Source: Hydrolagus affinis
Taxonomy: Eukaryota
Reading direction: 5' to 3'
NCBI GenBank assembly: GCA_012026655.1
Contig: JAAILG010000229.1
Location: 1-64,000 of the forward strand
DNA: 64,000 bases
Shown here: positions 38,401 to 50,863 of the stretch, piece by piece
How the letters are laid out: the number at the start of each line of letters is the position of its first letter
How positions within the stretch are numbered: the stretch's first letter is position 1
The notes under the pieces: generated by a model
Databases searched by the model: none
Seen by the model: the letters and a program-made list of their open reading frames with translations, nothing else
Told to the model about the DNA's origin: nothing
Program-made: the position numbers and the translations under genes

Positions 38401-38712
38401 TGTGGAGTCCTGTAGCTCAGTGGTTAGACCACTTGCCTTACAAGCAAGAAACCTGGATTCAACTCCAGGCAGGTTGAAATCTTAGGCATATTGCCTTACT
38501 CCACACAGTCTACTAATAATCCCTCAAAACAAAAAACAATAATAAATTGGTCATTTCAATCCATGGCTGTTTGTGGGATACTGGTGTGCACAGTTGGCTG
38601 CTGCGTTACGCCCACATATTTACAGTCAATTCACTTTACAGTATATTCTGTGAAGCGCTTTGAGATTCTAGAAGACGTGAAAAGCGCTATATCAAATGCA
38701 AGGATTATTATT
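38401..38712 (+). mobile_element. Full-length tRNA-derived SINE
   Basis: A-box TAGCTCAGTGG, B-box-like GATTCAACTCC, Deu-type core, and tail 'gtgaagcgctttgagattctagaagacgtgaaaagcgctatatcaaatgcaagg(ATT)'. Confidence 0.92.
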
Positions 38713-39334
38713 CAAGGTCAATTGTTTGAGTAATGTAATGCTATGATAAATAAAGGATGGAGGTAAATCTACTATAAAGCTTTGTTCAATGGTTTGTAAC
38801 ATTGTTTTGAAGATGGTGCATATATCCTTAACACCACCTCTGCATGTGGATACTGAAGCTGTAAAGGACCTGGAAAAAGCTGCTGCAAGCAGGATATGCC
38901 AACGATTTTGTATTTGCAAGCCACTGAATGATTGCATATGCATCTTATCTAGTGTGCTATGCAGTGCTCAATGCTGGACCTAGATCGATTGCACTTGTTC
39001 AGTTCATTGACTGCACATGCACCAGCTCTGACAATACCAGCAGGCCGGAAATTGAACCATGCCAGAAAGTTGGATTGTGAACAAGAAGCGGAATTCGTCC
39101 ATTTATTGTTGTCACTCGACTGCGTGCTGTAACTGACCACCTATAACCACTTACTCATCAGATACCAGCTGCTTTACAGTGGAGCTGAGATATGAAATAT
39201 TCTGGTGTTCAAGGGAATAGTGAGCCCAAACCTATCAAATTCCCATGCTGTGGAGCAGTATTAATACAATTTTAGTGTTCTGTGCATTAAGCAAGCCAGC
39301 AATTGCAAAATCTGCTCATATTTCCTTGTAGCTC

Positions 39335-39480
39335 AGAGTCCTTGCAGCTCAATGGTTAGATCACTCGCCTTACAAGCGAGAGACCTGGGTTTGATTCCAA
39401 GCAGGGTGAAAACTTGGGCCCAAGTTTTCTTACTTCACACACCTGATAATAATCCCTCAAGAAAAAAACAATAATATATT
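39335..39480 (+). mobile_element. SINE 5' half (tRNA head), disrupted
   Basis: 'agtccttgcagctcaatggttagatcactcgccttacaagcgagagacctgggtttgattcc...aataatccctcaag'. The matching 3' tail resumes at 40002-40060. Confidence 0.85.
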
Positions 39481-39960
39481 GGGGGGGTGAGCGGTGGGAA
39501 AGCGGCAGAAGGCACGATCGAAAAGGAGGGTCTTGAGATCAGCTTTCAAGGAGGCAAGGGAGGAAGTGAGGCAAAGGGACTGTGGGATGGAGTTCCAGAG
39601 TGTTGTGACAGAGAGGCTGGACGGGAGACATGGAGCAGACCGAGGCCTCCTGAACGGAGGGGGCAGGCAGGTTGATAGGGAGTCAGCGGTTTGGAGAGTT
39701 AGGAAGGGGCAAGACCGTGAATATCCGTGAAAGTGAGGACAAGGATCTTGAATTAGATCCTCTGGGGGATGGCGAGCAAATGAAGCCGGGCGAGGATGGG
39801 AGTGATGGGATTATGGAGTCTAGTTTGGGAGAGGAAGATCGAGTGGTCCACAGTATTGAAGGCAGCGGATAGGTCGAGGAGGATGAGGAGTCAGATTGGA
39901 GCCCTGGTCACATATGGTCAGGATATCATTTGTAACCTTGACCAGAGCAGATTCTATCGT
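39481..39960 (-). mobile_element. L2 LINE fragment with internal deletion (RT motif fused to 3' region)
   Basis: 39960-39841 reads TIESALVKVTNDIL..CDQG / LLILLDLSAAFNTVDH. It is joined directly to the far-downstream LHLLAIPQRI*FKILVLTF segment and 3' region. Confidence 0.9.
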
Positions 39961-40009
39961 GGGGCAAGGGGTACATTACTGAAAAAGATTGAGAACCACT
40001 GGTCTAGAG
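39961..40009. mobile_element. hAT (Charlie-type) terminus with target site
   Basis: AAAAAGATTGAGAACCACTG (reverse complement CAGTGGTTCTCAA, a Charlie-type TIR) is immediately followed by GTCTAGAG, an NTCTAGAN-type 8-bp target. Confidence 0.7.
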
Positions 40010-40551
40010 GATGTGAAAAGCCCTCTAACAAATGCAGGATTATTATCTTATTATTATTATATGATCCCTTACTTAAAGGGTCATTAATTTGTTCTCGGCC
40101 TACCACAAAAACTCTCCTCCCAACATATTTAAAACCTGAGACAGATCTATCTCTGTTTTTCATTCTCTTCTCACAGAACTGTAACAAACTAGTTTTTCAT
40201 GACATGTGATGATGTGGCCTTGATTGACATGTCCAGGAGGAAACCATTTGTAACGTACAAGAAATTCGCAAGACAGAAAAGAGATTGAAAAAAACACTCA
40301 AATTTTTGTTATGACAATTTAAACTGACAAGCTCTCTCACCCTTAAAATATTTTTAAAATTATGAGGGAGAAGAGTAAACTTCATTTAATTGTGTTCTTA
40401 AAACTAATATTCAGACCTGAGCTGTAGAAACATCAATATTCAGTGCCAAGCTTAGTTACTCACAGCAGTTCCCTTATGGTGCCAGCTTCTTGCGCAGAAA
40501 CAGAGTCAAGCGCTTTCAACAAAATGTAATGAGTTTGTCCTCAAGTGGATA

Positions 40552-41297
40552 TACAGGTATCCCGTCCCAACTGCGGCCTCGTCAACCGCGAAACGCACCC
40601 ATGGTTTGCTAAATGCGACAACCCTTCTAACCATGGCTTATAACCTTTGCTTATTTATGGATTTTAACACTAACACTAGCATTTAACGCTAGGATCCAGT
40701 TGCATCAACCAGCCTCGATGTCGCTTCGCGCTAGCGTATAGCGCTAGGACCCAGTTGCGATGTTGCAACCAACTAGTGACAACACTTCTTTCTTAAGATT
40801 AAGGTAAATAACATGAATTTATTGTCGCTTCTCTGCATCTTTCTCTCTCTGTGTGTAAGTGTATCTCTCCCTATCCCCATGTTTCTCACCTTCTCTCTAT
40901 TGCACCTTCTCTTCCCCCCACCCCCCTCTCTCCCACCCACTTCTCTCTCACCTTCTCTCTCTGACTCACCTTCTCTTCCCCCACCCCCTCTGTCCCCCCA
41001 CCCCCTCTGTTTAGATCAGTCAGTCTGACAGCCTCGCGGATTGCTGCAGATCCTGGCAGCCAATGCGCCCAAACTTATTCCCCCTATCTCCATGTATGTT
41101 ATAACTGTATGTGTTTTTTTTGTTTAATTCTACGAAACGCGAACTTACTTCCCCTATCCCCATGTTTCTCATAGGGCCCTGCATTTTCCAACCACGAAAA
41201 AGCAAACGTACTCTCCCTATCCCCATGTTTCTCATAGGACCCTGCATTTTCCAACTGCGATTTTACCAACCGCGGAGGTTTAGAGGAACGTATCTAA
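40552..41297 (+). mobile_element. Tigger/pogo-like MITE, copy B (3' terminal repeat missing)
   Basis: TA+CAGGTATCCCGTCCCAACTGCGGCCTCGTCAACCGCG; homologous to 1-455. It ends at 'ccaaccgcggaggtttagaggaacgtatct', a subterminal-like motif, without the final TIR. Confidence 0.8.
41145..41256 (+). repeat. ~65-bp tandem duplication inside MITE copy B
   Basis: CCCTATCCCCATGTTTCTCATAGG(G/A)CCCTGCATTTTCCAAC occurs twice. Shorter CCCTATC(C/T)CCATGT copies lie at ~40869 and ~41082. Confidence 0.9.
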
Positions 41298-41941
41298 TAT
41301 ATTTTGGAACACTTGTCAGGTGCATGGGACTTGTTCCACTGTATGACTGTGAATTAGCTGCAGTAGATGTTAAAAAATGTTAAGCATGTAATACATTACA
41401 TATGCACTCTCATCTTTAACTGTCTAAGTGGTCACTTTATATCACTTTTTTTTAAAGTACATTGGAGATGGCTGTCACTTGCTGCTGTGGGATACTTCCT
41501 TCATGCAGTGTAACATGGACTGTGCTGTATTTTGTAAATGTCATTGATAACAAAGTGGGCAGTGGCATGTTTACAATGCTCACAGCTGAATACTTAAGGC
41601 GTTATTGTTATATGAAGGTCATAGTGGTCTTTCTCTAAGTAAAAGTACAAAGGCAAACTGCTGTCACCAGGTGCAGTATTTATTCTATGCATTTTAGCAC
41701 CATTGTGCATTGTGATATCCAAATGTATGTAGTAGACTTGAACAGAACAGAGAATGCCTTAATCTGACTTAATTGGGTTCATCATACAAGAAACAACTCG
41801 GTGACCATGTGCCATCAGAAATTTGTTGCAACACATGTATGTCGTAGAGCAGGTTTACTAAAAGGTTACATGTATGTATGTAGATGAGACAAGTGTAAAG
41901 CAGATAGTGTCTGAAGTGGTGAGTTCTAGAACAATGAGCGA

Positions 41942-42041
41942 NNNNNNNNNNNNNNNNNNNNNNNNNNNNNNNNNNNNNNNNNNNNNNNNNNNNNNNNNNN
42001 NNNNNNNNNNNNNNNNNNNNNNNNNNNNNNNNNNNNNNNNN
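41942..42041. other. Assembly gap (100 N, probably of unknown size)
   Basis: Run of exactly 100 N next to a poly-C/CA tract. Confidence 1.
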
Positions 42042-43404
42042 CCTCCCCCCCCCCCACACACACCCTCCTGCAGCATTCTGATCAGTGGAGGGTTAACTCA
42101 ATTCCAGCATTTCGTTGCTAACCACATCACCTTAGAGCAAGCTGAGAACCCAGTTACCTCCATCCCAAGTCGGGAGTTGGTCAGACACTAATTTGTTGCA
42201 AGAATGTATGTTCACATGACCCAGAGAATGCATTTTTCTCTTCCAATTGCCTGCCTGCTCTAAATATTCTAAATTCTGGTGTAAATGGTGACCTTACCCA
42301 AGTCAGCAAACACATAAAGATTGGACTGACAAATTAATTTAGCAGTGGGAGTTGGCAGCCCTTATTTTAAAGTCAAACCTGACCTATGGTCTGTGAGTGA
42401 CTTTTGACTGCAAGTCAAGGGGATGAAAGAAACCTTGAGCTCAGATCAGATCAATGTTCACAAAGTGAACCCTGTGAAACAGCCAAAAGAAATGCAGCCA
42501 TAAAATTTAGTTTATGATGGATCTATCTTTTAACTTAAAATTAATTAAGTTGTATAGTAGCCGAGTAGCTTTCCATTTGACCATTTTTCCTCTGTTAGGT
42601 TGATAAGAGTAAATGTTATATCTGCATTTTATGTGCAAGACAAGATAATGTATACAGTATTAGGGAAAGGTTAGAACATCCATTATTTTAGAAAAGTTTT
42701 GTTCGTAATTTGTGTCCTATAATTGACTCTCTAAGTATGAAACATAGTTCAACATTAGGAAACTTACCAGTAATATCATAGAAAGGTTATTTTTTAACAC
42801 AATGTGATCGTTGAGAGAATTGTTTGTTGATGTTTTCAATGCTTGATTGGTTATTTGTACCTTGTGATACTTTGTAAACTTTCGATTGTTTTGGAAGTCA
42901 TTTGTAAAAGAGGCATTCAAACCTTCTCATAAATTGTTTCAAATGCAATCATATTTGAGGATATGATGGCAAAGCATCTTTCGATATACTTGTTATTTTA
43001 ACGTACTATATTTTATTACTGTGAACCATAAAGAATTAATACTACATTTCAGTTGCATCAAAAGATAAAATCAAAAACAGTAAGTGAGGAAAGCAAAAAC
43101 TAATTAAATGATTCTTTACCTTTCAAACTCAAGTTGTCTGCAGACAAGTTGCACATAAATTTAGTTTCTGGGTGACGAAAATCCTAACTGAACAAATGTT
43201 TTCTTATTTTTTTAAATAGACCTAGTTGGAAGTATATCAACAACCATAAATGAGGTTTGACAATATATTTGTAAAACAAAGGCTTCATGATACTTCAAAC
43301 AAACCTTTGCTCCAATTTAGTATATTTCAATTCAGTGTACTACAACACTGCTACATAAGAAGAGTTGTTAAATTAACAGTGCTTTCAGCAGACACCACCA
43401 CCAC

Positions 43405-43463
43405 CGACAACAAAATTACATTTATAGAGCGCCTTTCACGTCAGGAGGACGTCCCAAAGCGCT
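43405..43463 (-). mobile_element. L2 tail-only copy
   Basis: 'caacaaaattacatttatagagcgcctttcacgtcaggaggacgtcccaaagcgct'. Confidence 0.85.
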
Positions 43464-44329
43464 GGTCCCAAGGCACCACGCTCATCAATTAGGGTTAATG
43501 CATGTATTCAGTTTACTATGTTGCATTTTTATGAAAATGTGTTGCCTTATCTATTCAAAAAGATATTGAGATGTTCCATTACATTTTCCCAATTGTTGAT
43601 TTTTTGGGGTCTGGTCAATTTAAATCTCTTTCACAGTCATAACTGGATTCTGAGGATTTGTGATAGAAATTATAATTTGTTGAGCTGAACAGAAAATTTA
43701 TGCAAAAATCAGAATGGTCAAAGGTTAGAATGGTAAAGACTGAAAATATTAGACTTTTCTAATGGCATATAATATTAACTAATATTTAATTAGTTTTTTT
43801 TAAAGAAGACTTTGGACTTATAACAAATGAATTGAATGATTAATGACCTCTGGAAACATTAATTCTCTATATGGTTCTCATATGATTATGAAACGGATGT
43901 GGTAGTTGGGAGTTGATTACAATTACTTAACACAGAGATATTTCTGAATGAATTAGTCCAATGGTGTGTTGGTGGTGATAGGGATTCAGTCCTGTCATAC
44001 AACAAAGCTCATTAAACAGTTGACAGTGTACCTGTCCAATCCACCACGTTAGGTAAATATTTTAAATGACAATCTTTCAAACCCTGTTGTAATTTTGCAC
44101 CAGCAAAGAAATATGAATCATAATTGTGACTTATTTCAAAGAAAATTATTTAGTTTCTCACTTACCCTATTCCCTCTTCCTCATCTTCCTTCTTTCTCTC
44201 CCTTCCCTCGATCCTTCCCTCTTTCCTTAACTCCTCTCCTTAAGCGTCTGAATCCTTTTTCATTTGGTATTGCTTTACAGGCTTCCTTTCTAGTACCTCA
44301 GCCACTATTATTTGTGGCACTTTATGTTT

Positions 44330-44560
44330 GGCAGACTATTTGAGCATGGGGCATCACATTCGAGCCAGATGTTTTCTCACCCAAGGCACACACACATGAT
44401 GCCAGTAAGAGGTATCAGAATAGAATTTTGGGCTGGAAACCTTGGCTAAGTTTTTGTTAACTAACGGCTGGGCACTTCAACAACTGAGATCAGTAACTAG
44501 GCGTTGATGAATCTGCGTCTTTTTGATCTGTATATCCTGTACTCATCGGTTGTGCTTGTG
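44330..44560 (-). mobile_element. AmnSINE2-like ancient SINE remnant
   Basis: 'ggggcatcacattcgagccagatgttttctcaccc..cacacacac...aaccttggctaagtttt...ctgagatcagtaact'. Confidence 0.55.
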
Positions 44561-46439
44561 CCCACTGACATTTCAAAACACTGAAATAAAACCTTATGAA
44601 AGGAAATGTGTACTCCGTAAATGGAATAAGATTACAAATATTTGTGAATACATTTCAATCAACTCATAATGTGTCATGTTTTCTTGAGCCCTGTCCAAAA
44701 ATATTGTCTGTAGTTTTGTTGGCCGTGTTATGACTAGATCTTTATATCCTATGTGAAGAGTTTTATTTTCTGTATTGGTATGGGATACTGACAGGACTAT
44801 ATTGTCCCTAATCCAATGAAAGGGATACTGTTGCTTCTCTAAATCTCTGGTGAATCAAAAGCCACAATTGACTGATGTCAACTGAGCTGAACTTCAGAAT
44901 CATCAATCAGACTCTTCACTGTGCAATATAGACGAGTGTTTTGAACTGCCGCAAGCTTTCATTATGAAATGCCACAGAAACTGAAGATGACCTGAAAAAA
45001 AAAAGGGTGAAATTTGCAATATGTTTGACAGCAGGATCCAATTACACTAACAGAGTTACTAACTTTGATTTTCAGTCTGATACTTCCAGTTTACGTTGCT
45101 GTCAACAGAACACACATTAGGAAGGATGTGGTACTGCTTGCTTTGGGATTTCCCTGTCAGGGCTGTTTCGGGAGGTTTCGTGATGGAGGATGCCCTCCAC
45201 ATGCAAGGGTTCAGTTCACTTCAGAGTTTTCTTTATTTTTAGTAATAACATTCAATACAATTAAAACGGGGTCAAGGTGAGGCTAGGATAGCTCAGAAAG
45301 AAGTGTTAGTGAGAAACAGCAAACAGATGTTCTTTGATGATAATTTTAGAGGGAAGGAGTTGGCTGTGAATTCTGTCTCATTCACTTGTTGAGGGCTTTT
45401 GGCTTCGTCCAGTCGTGCTCATTTTTTTTTGCCCCAGACTAGCTGTACCTGCTGTTGATATCAAGCTGCTTGCCAACAGTGACATCTGCTCAATGTAAGC
45501 AACATGAATTTGAATGTCAATATCCTTGCCTTGAACTGAACTGAAAAGTATTTGTCACCCACTGGCAATCATTCTTCAAATAAAAGGTTAGCCAGACAGG
45601 CCCTTTAATCAGTGAGCAGGGCGTCTCTGTCAGCAGTACCTTTTAAATAGCAGTGAGGAATACTTGCTGCCAGTGCACAGCTTGATGAGGTGGGTGATTG
45701 ATCTCTGTACATCATTTTCTTATGCCGTCATCGTTATGCATTGGATCACTAGAAAACCATTATGTGGTTCAGAAATAATTCTGTGCTATTACTTTCGTCC
45801 ACTAACTACGGCAATATATTGAATCGGTCTTCTGCGGGTTGTTTTTATTGTCACTTTGCAGATGCTGCAGCTAAAAATGAACATTATGTGGCAAGTTGTA
45901 GTAGTTTTGATATATAATGAGTTGCACCTAAATGTAAGTCACAAATTGCCTTTCATCAGGGATTGGATGGGTAAAACCCACACATAAATCATGATGGAGC
46001 ATGAATTATACTAACGCATATATTCTAACCTGATTTATGTTCTTAGAAATATAGATTGTGTTCACAGATGGCAATCGGCTGCATTTTTAACTGACAAAGA
46101 AACCACTTTATTCAGAGTGCAAACATCCTCAATTGCCCTATTTTGTCCTGTTCAGGGCACATTCAAGATGGGCGGAAGAGCCCAGGGAAATGTTTAAATA
46201 CAAATTATTTGAAAATAAGTTTTCCACTCTTGAATTTGAATTTCTTGATTGTCGCTCCTAAATTAGAAAAAGGAGTCTGATTAAATTGTCAATAATTTGA
46301 TCCATTCATTCCCTTATAGTGTATGCCTCCTCATTTAATTTGATTAAATAATTAGATTTATTGACTGTAGAAATGAATTGAAACAGTCTGATTGTGGTGC
46401 TTATAAATAAATTAATGACTAAACTGAATCTGAAAACTT

Positions 46440-46592
46440 AATTTCAACTATACTTGATAAATACCTAAAATGGAGTAGACTGCAGAGGTAGACATAGGGC
46501 AAAGGGCTGGTTAATGAGACTGAAAGGATTGTTCTTAGAAGAGCCAGCAGATACAATGGGCCAAATGACCTTCTGTTCTCTAAATTTCTATT
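46440..46592 (+). mobile_element. CR1 LINE 3' end remnant
   Basis: 'cttgataaatacctaaaa' (LDKYL), then 'agagccagcagatacaatgggccaaatgaccttctgttct..aatttctat'. Confidence 0.65.
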
Positions 46593-48271
46593 TTAAAAAA
46601 GATTGTGAATATTTTTGAGAGTTTTCACTCCTTTTTCGCTACACAGTTGTTGCCTAATCTGTGCTGAGTTTGTGAGGGAGCAGCATTGAGATGATGACAA
46701 TGGTTTCAATGGGCCTTGTTTTAGGGAGAGAAGCATATTATCCAAAATGTTGCTTCCGAGTGCTTCAGAGATCCCTTTTACAAGATGCATCTGTTTAGAT
46801 GTTGAGTAAAACCAGGATTGTAATTGATTGTAGTTTTCTCCTCTCTTCCACAACCCTCCTCCGCCCTCCTCCAACTCATGACTTGCACATGAACAAAGAC
46901 CATCTGGGCAATACCTGGAACTGTATTCCAGTACTGTAGATGGAAAAAATAAGTCAAATGCCTTGAGGAAAGGAGGAGAGAAATTGGACTAGAATCTATT
47001 TAAAAGACACATTGTTATAATTGTGCTTGTGAAAAGTGTGTCTTATAGTTCAGTGCCACTTATATCATGATGCTTGGGAAATGGGAAACATCTGGTTCCT
47101 AGCTCATGCACTGGACTGGTATATGTCAGCAAACATCTGTTTCCTGGTAAATTTACAAAGAGTGCCAATTAATTTGCTGTATATTAGATGCAGTGTTAAG
47201 CTGTGCAGCCGGTCTTTAAAATTTACCACTGGTTGTTTTGCGAAGTAAATTTCTTTCTCCCGTTTCACAGATGATGCTGGAGTAAAATCTGAGCATTTAC
47301 TAACCTTATAGCAGAAGGCTCATGGGTGCACCTTTCATAAATGTTGAGCATAATTCTGATTTTAGTTTCACATTTAAAAAAAAGTGAAATCTGCTGAAAA
47401 CGGCTTGTGTCCCCTTTGGAATTACCCGGACTTGCCCTCCATGACACAAGGCAAGAATTATATTGGGGAGGTGAATTCTACCCAAACTTTGGAATCGTCA
47501 GAAATAACTGGCTTCTAACTGGCACGAGTGTTGTTTTCCATGGCTGAGTTGGAACTTTGAAATGACCATCCAGTTATTCTTTTGTACATTAAAACAAGGT
47601 AATTTCTCAGGTAATATGCTGCTTCACATCACTTTATTTATCGAATTCCATTCAGCTATGGCACATGATGGCTCAGATGAGTGAGATTACCCATGCGGCA
47701 CTTCATAAACCCCTGGTTTATAACTAACGTGGATGGATCATAAGCAAGTCACAGTGATATTGATGGCTTTACAATGAAGCTTGGTGTACAAATGAACTAT
47801 TGCACCACAAATTTTGTACCTTGTATTTATTACATTTTCGAGGGGTTCAAGATCCAGATTATGTCCATTCAAGATTGACTTACAATTAACGTCAACTGGA
47901 TATTGACCCTGCTTCTCTCACCCTTTCAAAATCCTTCTCGCTTCCTGTGGTTATTTTTTCCAATCAGTCAGAATAAGTTTCATCTAGGTTTAATATTCTC
48001 TGCAGTGTCACCAGTTGCCTACATAATATTCCCATGAAATGTTTCTTACCCATACCCATCAGTGGAACAAAATGAAAAAATTGGAGTAAAGATTTATTTT
48101 CTCGGATTTGAGACCTTTTTTTTTGAATACAGTACAGTATGAAACCTTACAAAAATTCTTGATCATTCCACTAAAGTGGATTACCTTCTGCAATCCACTT
48201 CAATAGAATAACCCGAAAGTTTTCTGAAATGTCATTTAGAATCCGAGATGCTCTGAGATACTACACTGTAC

Positions 48272-48334
48272 CAGCGCCTTGGGACGTCCTCCTGACGTGA
48301 AAGGCGCTATACAAGTGTAATTGTTGTTGTTGTT
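48272..48334 (+). mobile_element. L2 tail-only copy (intact 3' stem-loop)
   Basis: AGCGCCTT/AAGGCGCT outer stem, ACGTC/GACGT inner stem, followed by (GTT)n. Confidence 0.85.
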
Positions 48335-48819
48335 ACTGTTGTTCAAAGGGTTTATAGAAAGAGCAATTGGAACTACTTTTCCAAAACCTAGACTTATGAA
48401 TTGAACCAAAGATACTATTTGTTACTTTATTGTTAAGTGACAATAGATGAAATGATACCAAGTATTCCTGAATCCAAATGTTATGATCTTGTTATATGTG
48501 TATAATGGACCAACTGTGTTACTTTATAATTTTTTTTGTATGGAGGAATTTTGAACCACAACCTTATCTTATTTTGAAGTAATCCTTTTTATGTCACTAA
48601 TATGTAATTGCAAACCAAGATTTCTTTAAATTAATATTTAGAATCTAGTTTTAAACATTGTAGCTTTTTTTAATCTCTCAAAAGCCTGAATATAAGGTTG
48701 TTTTAAATTAGATGCTGGAGGTGTCCACTGATCATAATTCAACACACCCGATTGATGAATGTGTTTATCAGCAGGGCATTGCTTTCTATAGAAATGCAGA
48801 AGCTGATATAAGACACAAT

Positions 48820-49120
48820 ACAATAACAAATTACACTTGTATTTTACCCTTCAGGTTGAAAAGATGTCTCAGGGCGCTGGACAATAAGGAGTTTGGGATC
48901 TGAGTTGGGGTCAGAAGGGGAGGAGGGCAGGGAGGCTGGGGTTGGGAGGGTGGCCAAAGGCACGATTGAAGAGGAAGGTCTTCAGACAAGATCAAAGGAG
49001 GCAAGAGAGTAGTGAGGTGGATGGATAGAGTTTCAGAGTGTGGGGGCAGAGATGCTGAATGACCGACCGTCAATGGTGGGCCTGAAGTGTGGGGGACCTG
49101 AAGCAGGCCAATGTCCGCCG
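48820..49120 (-). mobile_element. L2 LINE 3' fragment
   Basis: Peptides RSLRSADIGLLQVP / RPTIDGRSFSISAPTL and an antisense tail at 48820-48880. Confidence 0.85.
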
Positions 49121-50863
49121 AGCGGAGGGAGCGGAAAGGTTCTATATGCAAGGGTTCTGTACTCATATACCATGGTCTCAGTAAAATGCTGACAAGAATG
49201 CTGTGCTGATAATCTAACAACAAATGCAATACTTTTTTCTAACATATATACAGTAAAATGGTATTGATTTTTTTAAAAGTTGGAACATTTAGACCACAAG
49301 TGAAGCAATTTTATGAACCATTTCAGAAATGCCCTGGTCATAAAGAGGAATTCAATAAGTACTTAACAAATAAAGTTCTTTGTTTGGGGCGAGATTCAAG
49401 TTACTATGATCTTAGCTTATTAAAAAAATGAAAACCTTTCTAAGCAGACAGGCTAGCAATCTAGATTTGTGCATGATATTGGTTGGAAATAGATTTGCAC
49501 CGGATTTGTGGTGTCAAGTACACATGTATAAAGGTAGTATTGGCTAGGTTCCACTTGTCTAATGGGAGTTAGCTCTTGCACTCTAATGGCAGCAGTCATT
49601 GTCTTTCATTCCCTGTCTTCTCTCGCACCTGCTGGCCCTGGCTCTGTCAGGTCAAAGATATACAGGCCTTTGCTATGTGGTTTTGCTGCTTGTCATGTCC
49701 CAAAGATGTTGTACATCTTGTTTCAGAGATATTTTGCTGTAATGTTCTTTGACCTTTTCCATTCAACGAGGCAGTCGAAGAGCTGCATGGTGAGGAAAAT
49801 TGAGCTGTTTTATTCCTCCCCAAGGAGCCTCATGTTTCCTTTCCACCATTTATTTGAAAGCTATCATTTTCTTGATTTCATAGCTGAAAACTTCATTGAT
49901 TTGTGGGATGATAGATGCTAAGAGTTCTTCTATTGACATGCCTATTGACAGTTTTCAGTAAATTCTGTGTCTAATTATCACTCTCCGTTAAATGATACAC
50001 CTTGTGGACTTGAGAGATGGAGTCGATATCTCCCACTGTATTGTTGCAACAGCAGACTCTATTGAATATAGTGTCAAACCAATGTGATTTATGTGATCAG
50101 AAAAACATTTCTGTCTGTGTGCTGCATAATTAAACAAAGTGCAGAGTGACTGGTGACAAAATAAGGTCTGCCACAGTCATCAGTAAATGAGAAAAGATTT
50201 CTGCAGTAAATGACCCAGACACTGAAGAATCTCTTTTGGCATTTTGTGTTTTTCAATTTTCGAGGTTCGATTTTTTTCTCTCTCTCTCTTCTTCCCTCCT
50301 CCCACCCTTCCAGGCAATAGAATGGCAAAGGTTTTTTCTGCCCTTTCTGAGACTCCCTTTGCTTTGGCTAGACTGGTAGGGATATGTACCTAAAGTAAAA
50401 TGAGGTGGTTTTGCTACTGTCAGCAGTTTGCAAGACCTCTTATTTCACAGAAATATCCCTTGGAACCTGCTGTTTAACTCATGCCTATAAAGTCAAAACA
50501 GACAAAGAGAAAACAATTTCTATGCCTCCCTCAGGGCTCTGTTAAAAGATGCAAACCTTTGCTAATGGTGTCATGCAACATTTTAGAACCGTGGTAAACT
50601 GTAAAGCTTGTGCTCAGTGAGGTACTGCACACTATGTTGTTTTTCAGCAAAATATTTTCATCCTCCTTTTTAAACATCGTGCAAAAAAAAGGAAGGGTTT
50701 TACCTTGTGGGTGCAGCTGGTGATTGCGTGCTGCCAGGATTTATATAGTATATTATTTCACGCACACAAAGCATTTAGCGGGCTGCACTAGCGAGCATTA
50801 TAAAAGAATTAATTTCAGATGTGCCCAGGTTTCCATCGGGGGTTGTGTTCCCGTATAGTGAGC

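Noticed and set aside
41145-41256. Direct repeats with a short spacer, superficially CRISPR-like
   Set aside because: There are only two full units, they sit inside a eukaryotic MITE, and no cas genes are present; this is a simple tandem duplication.
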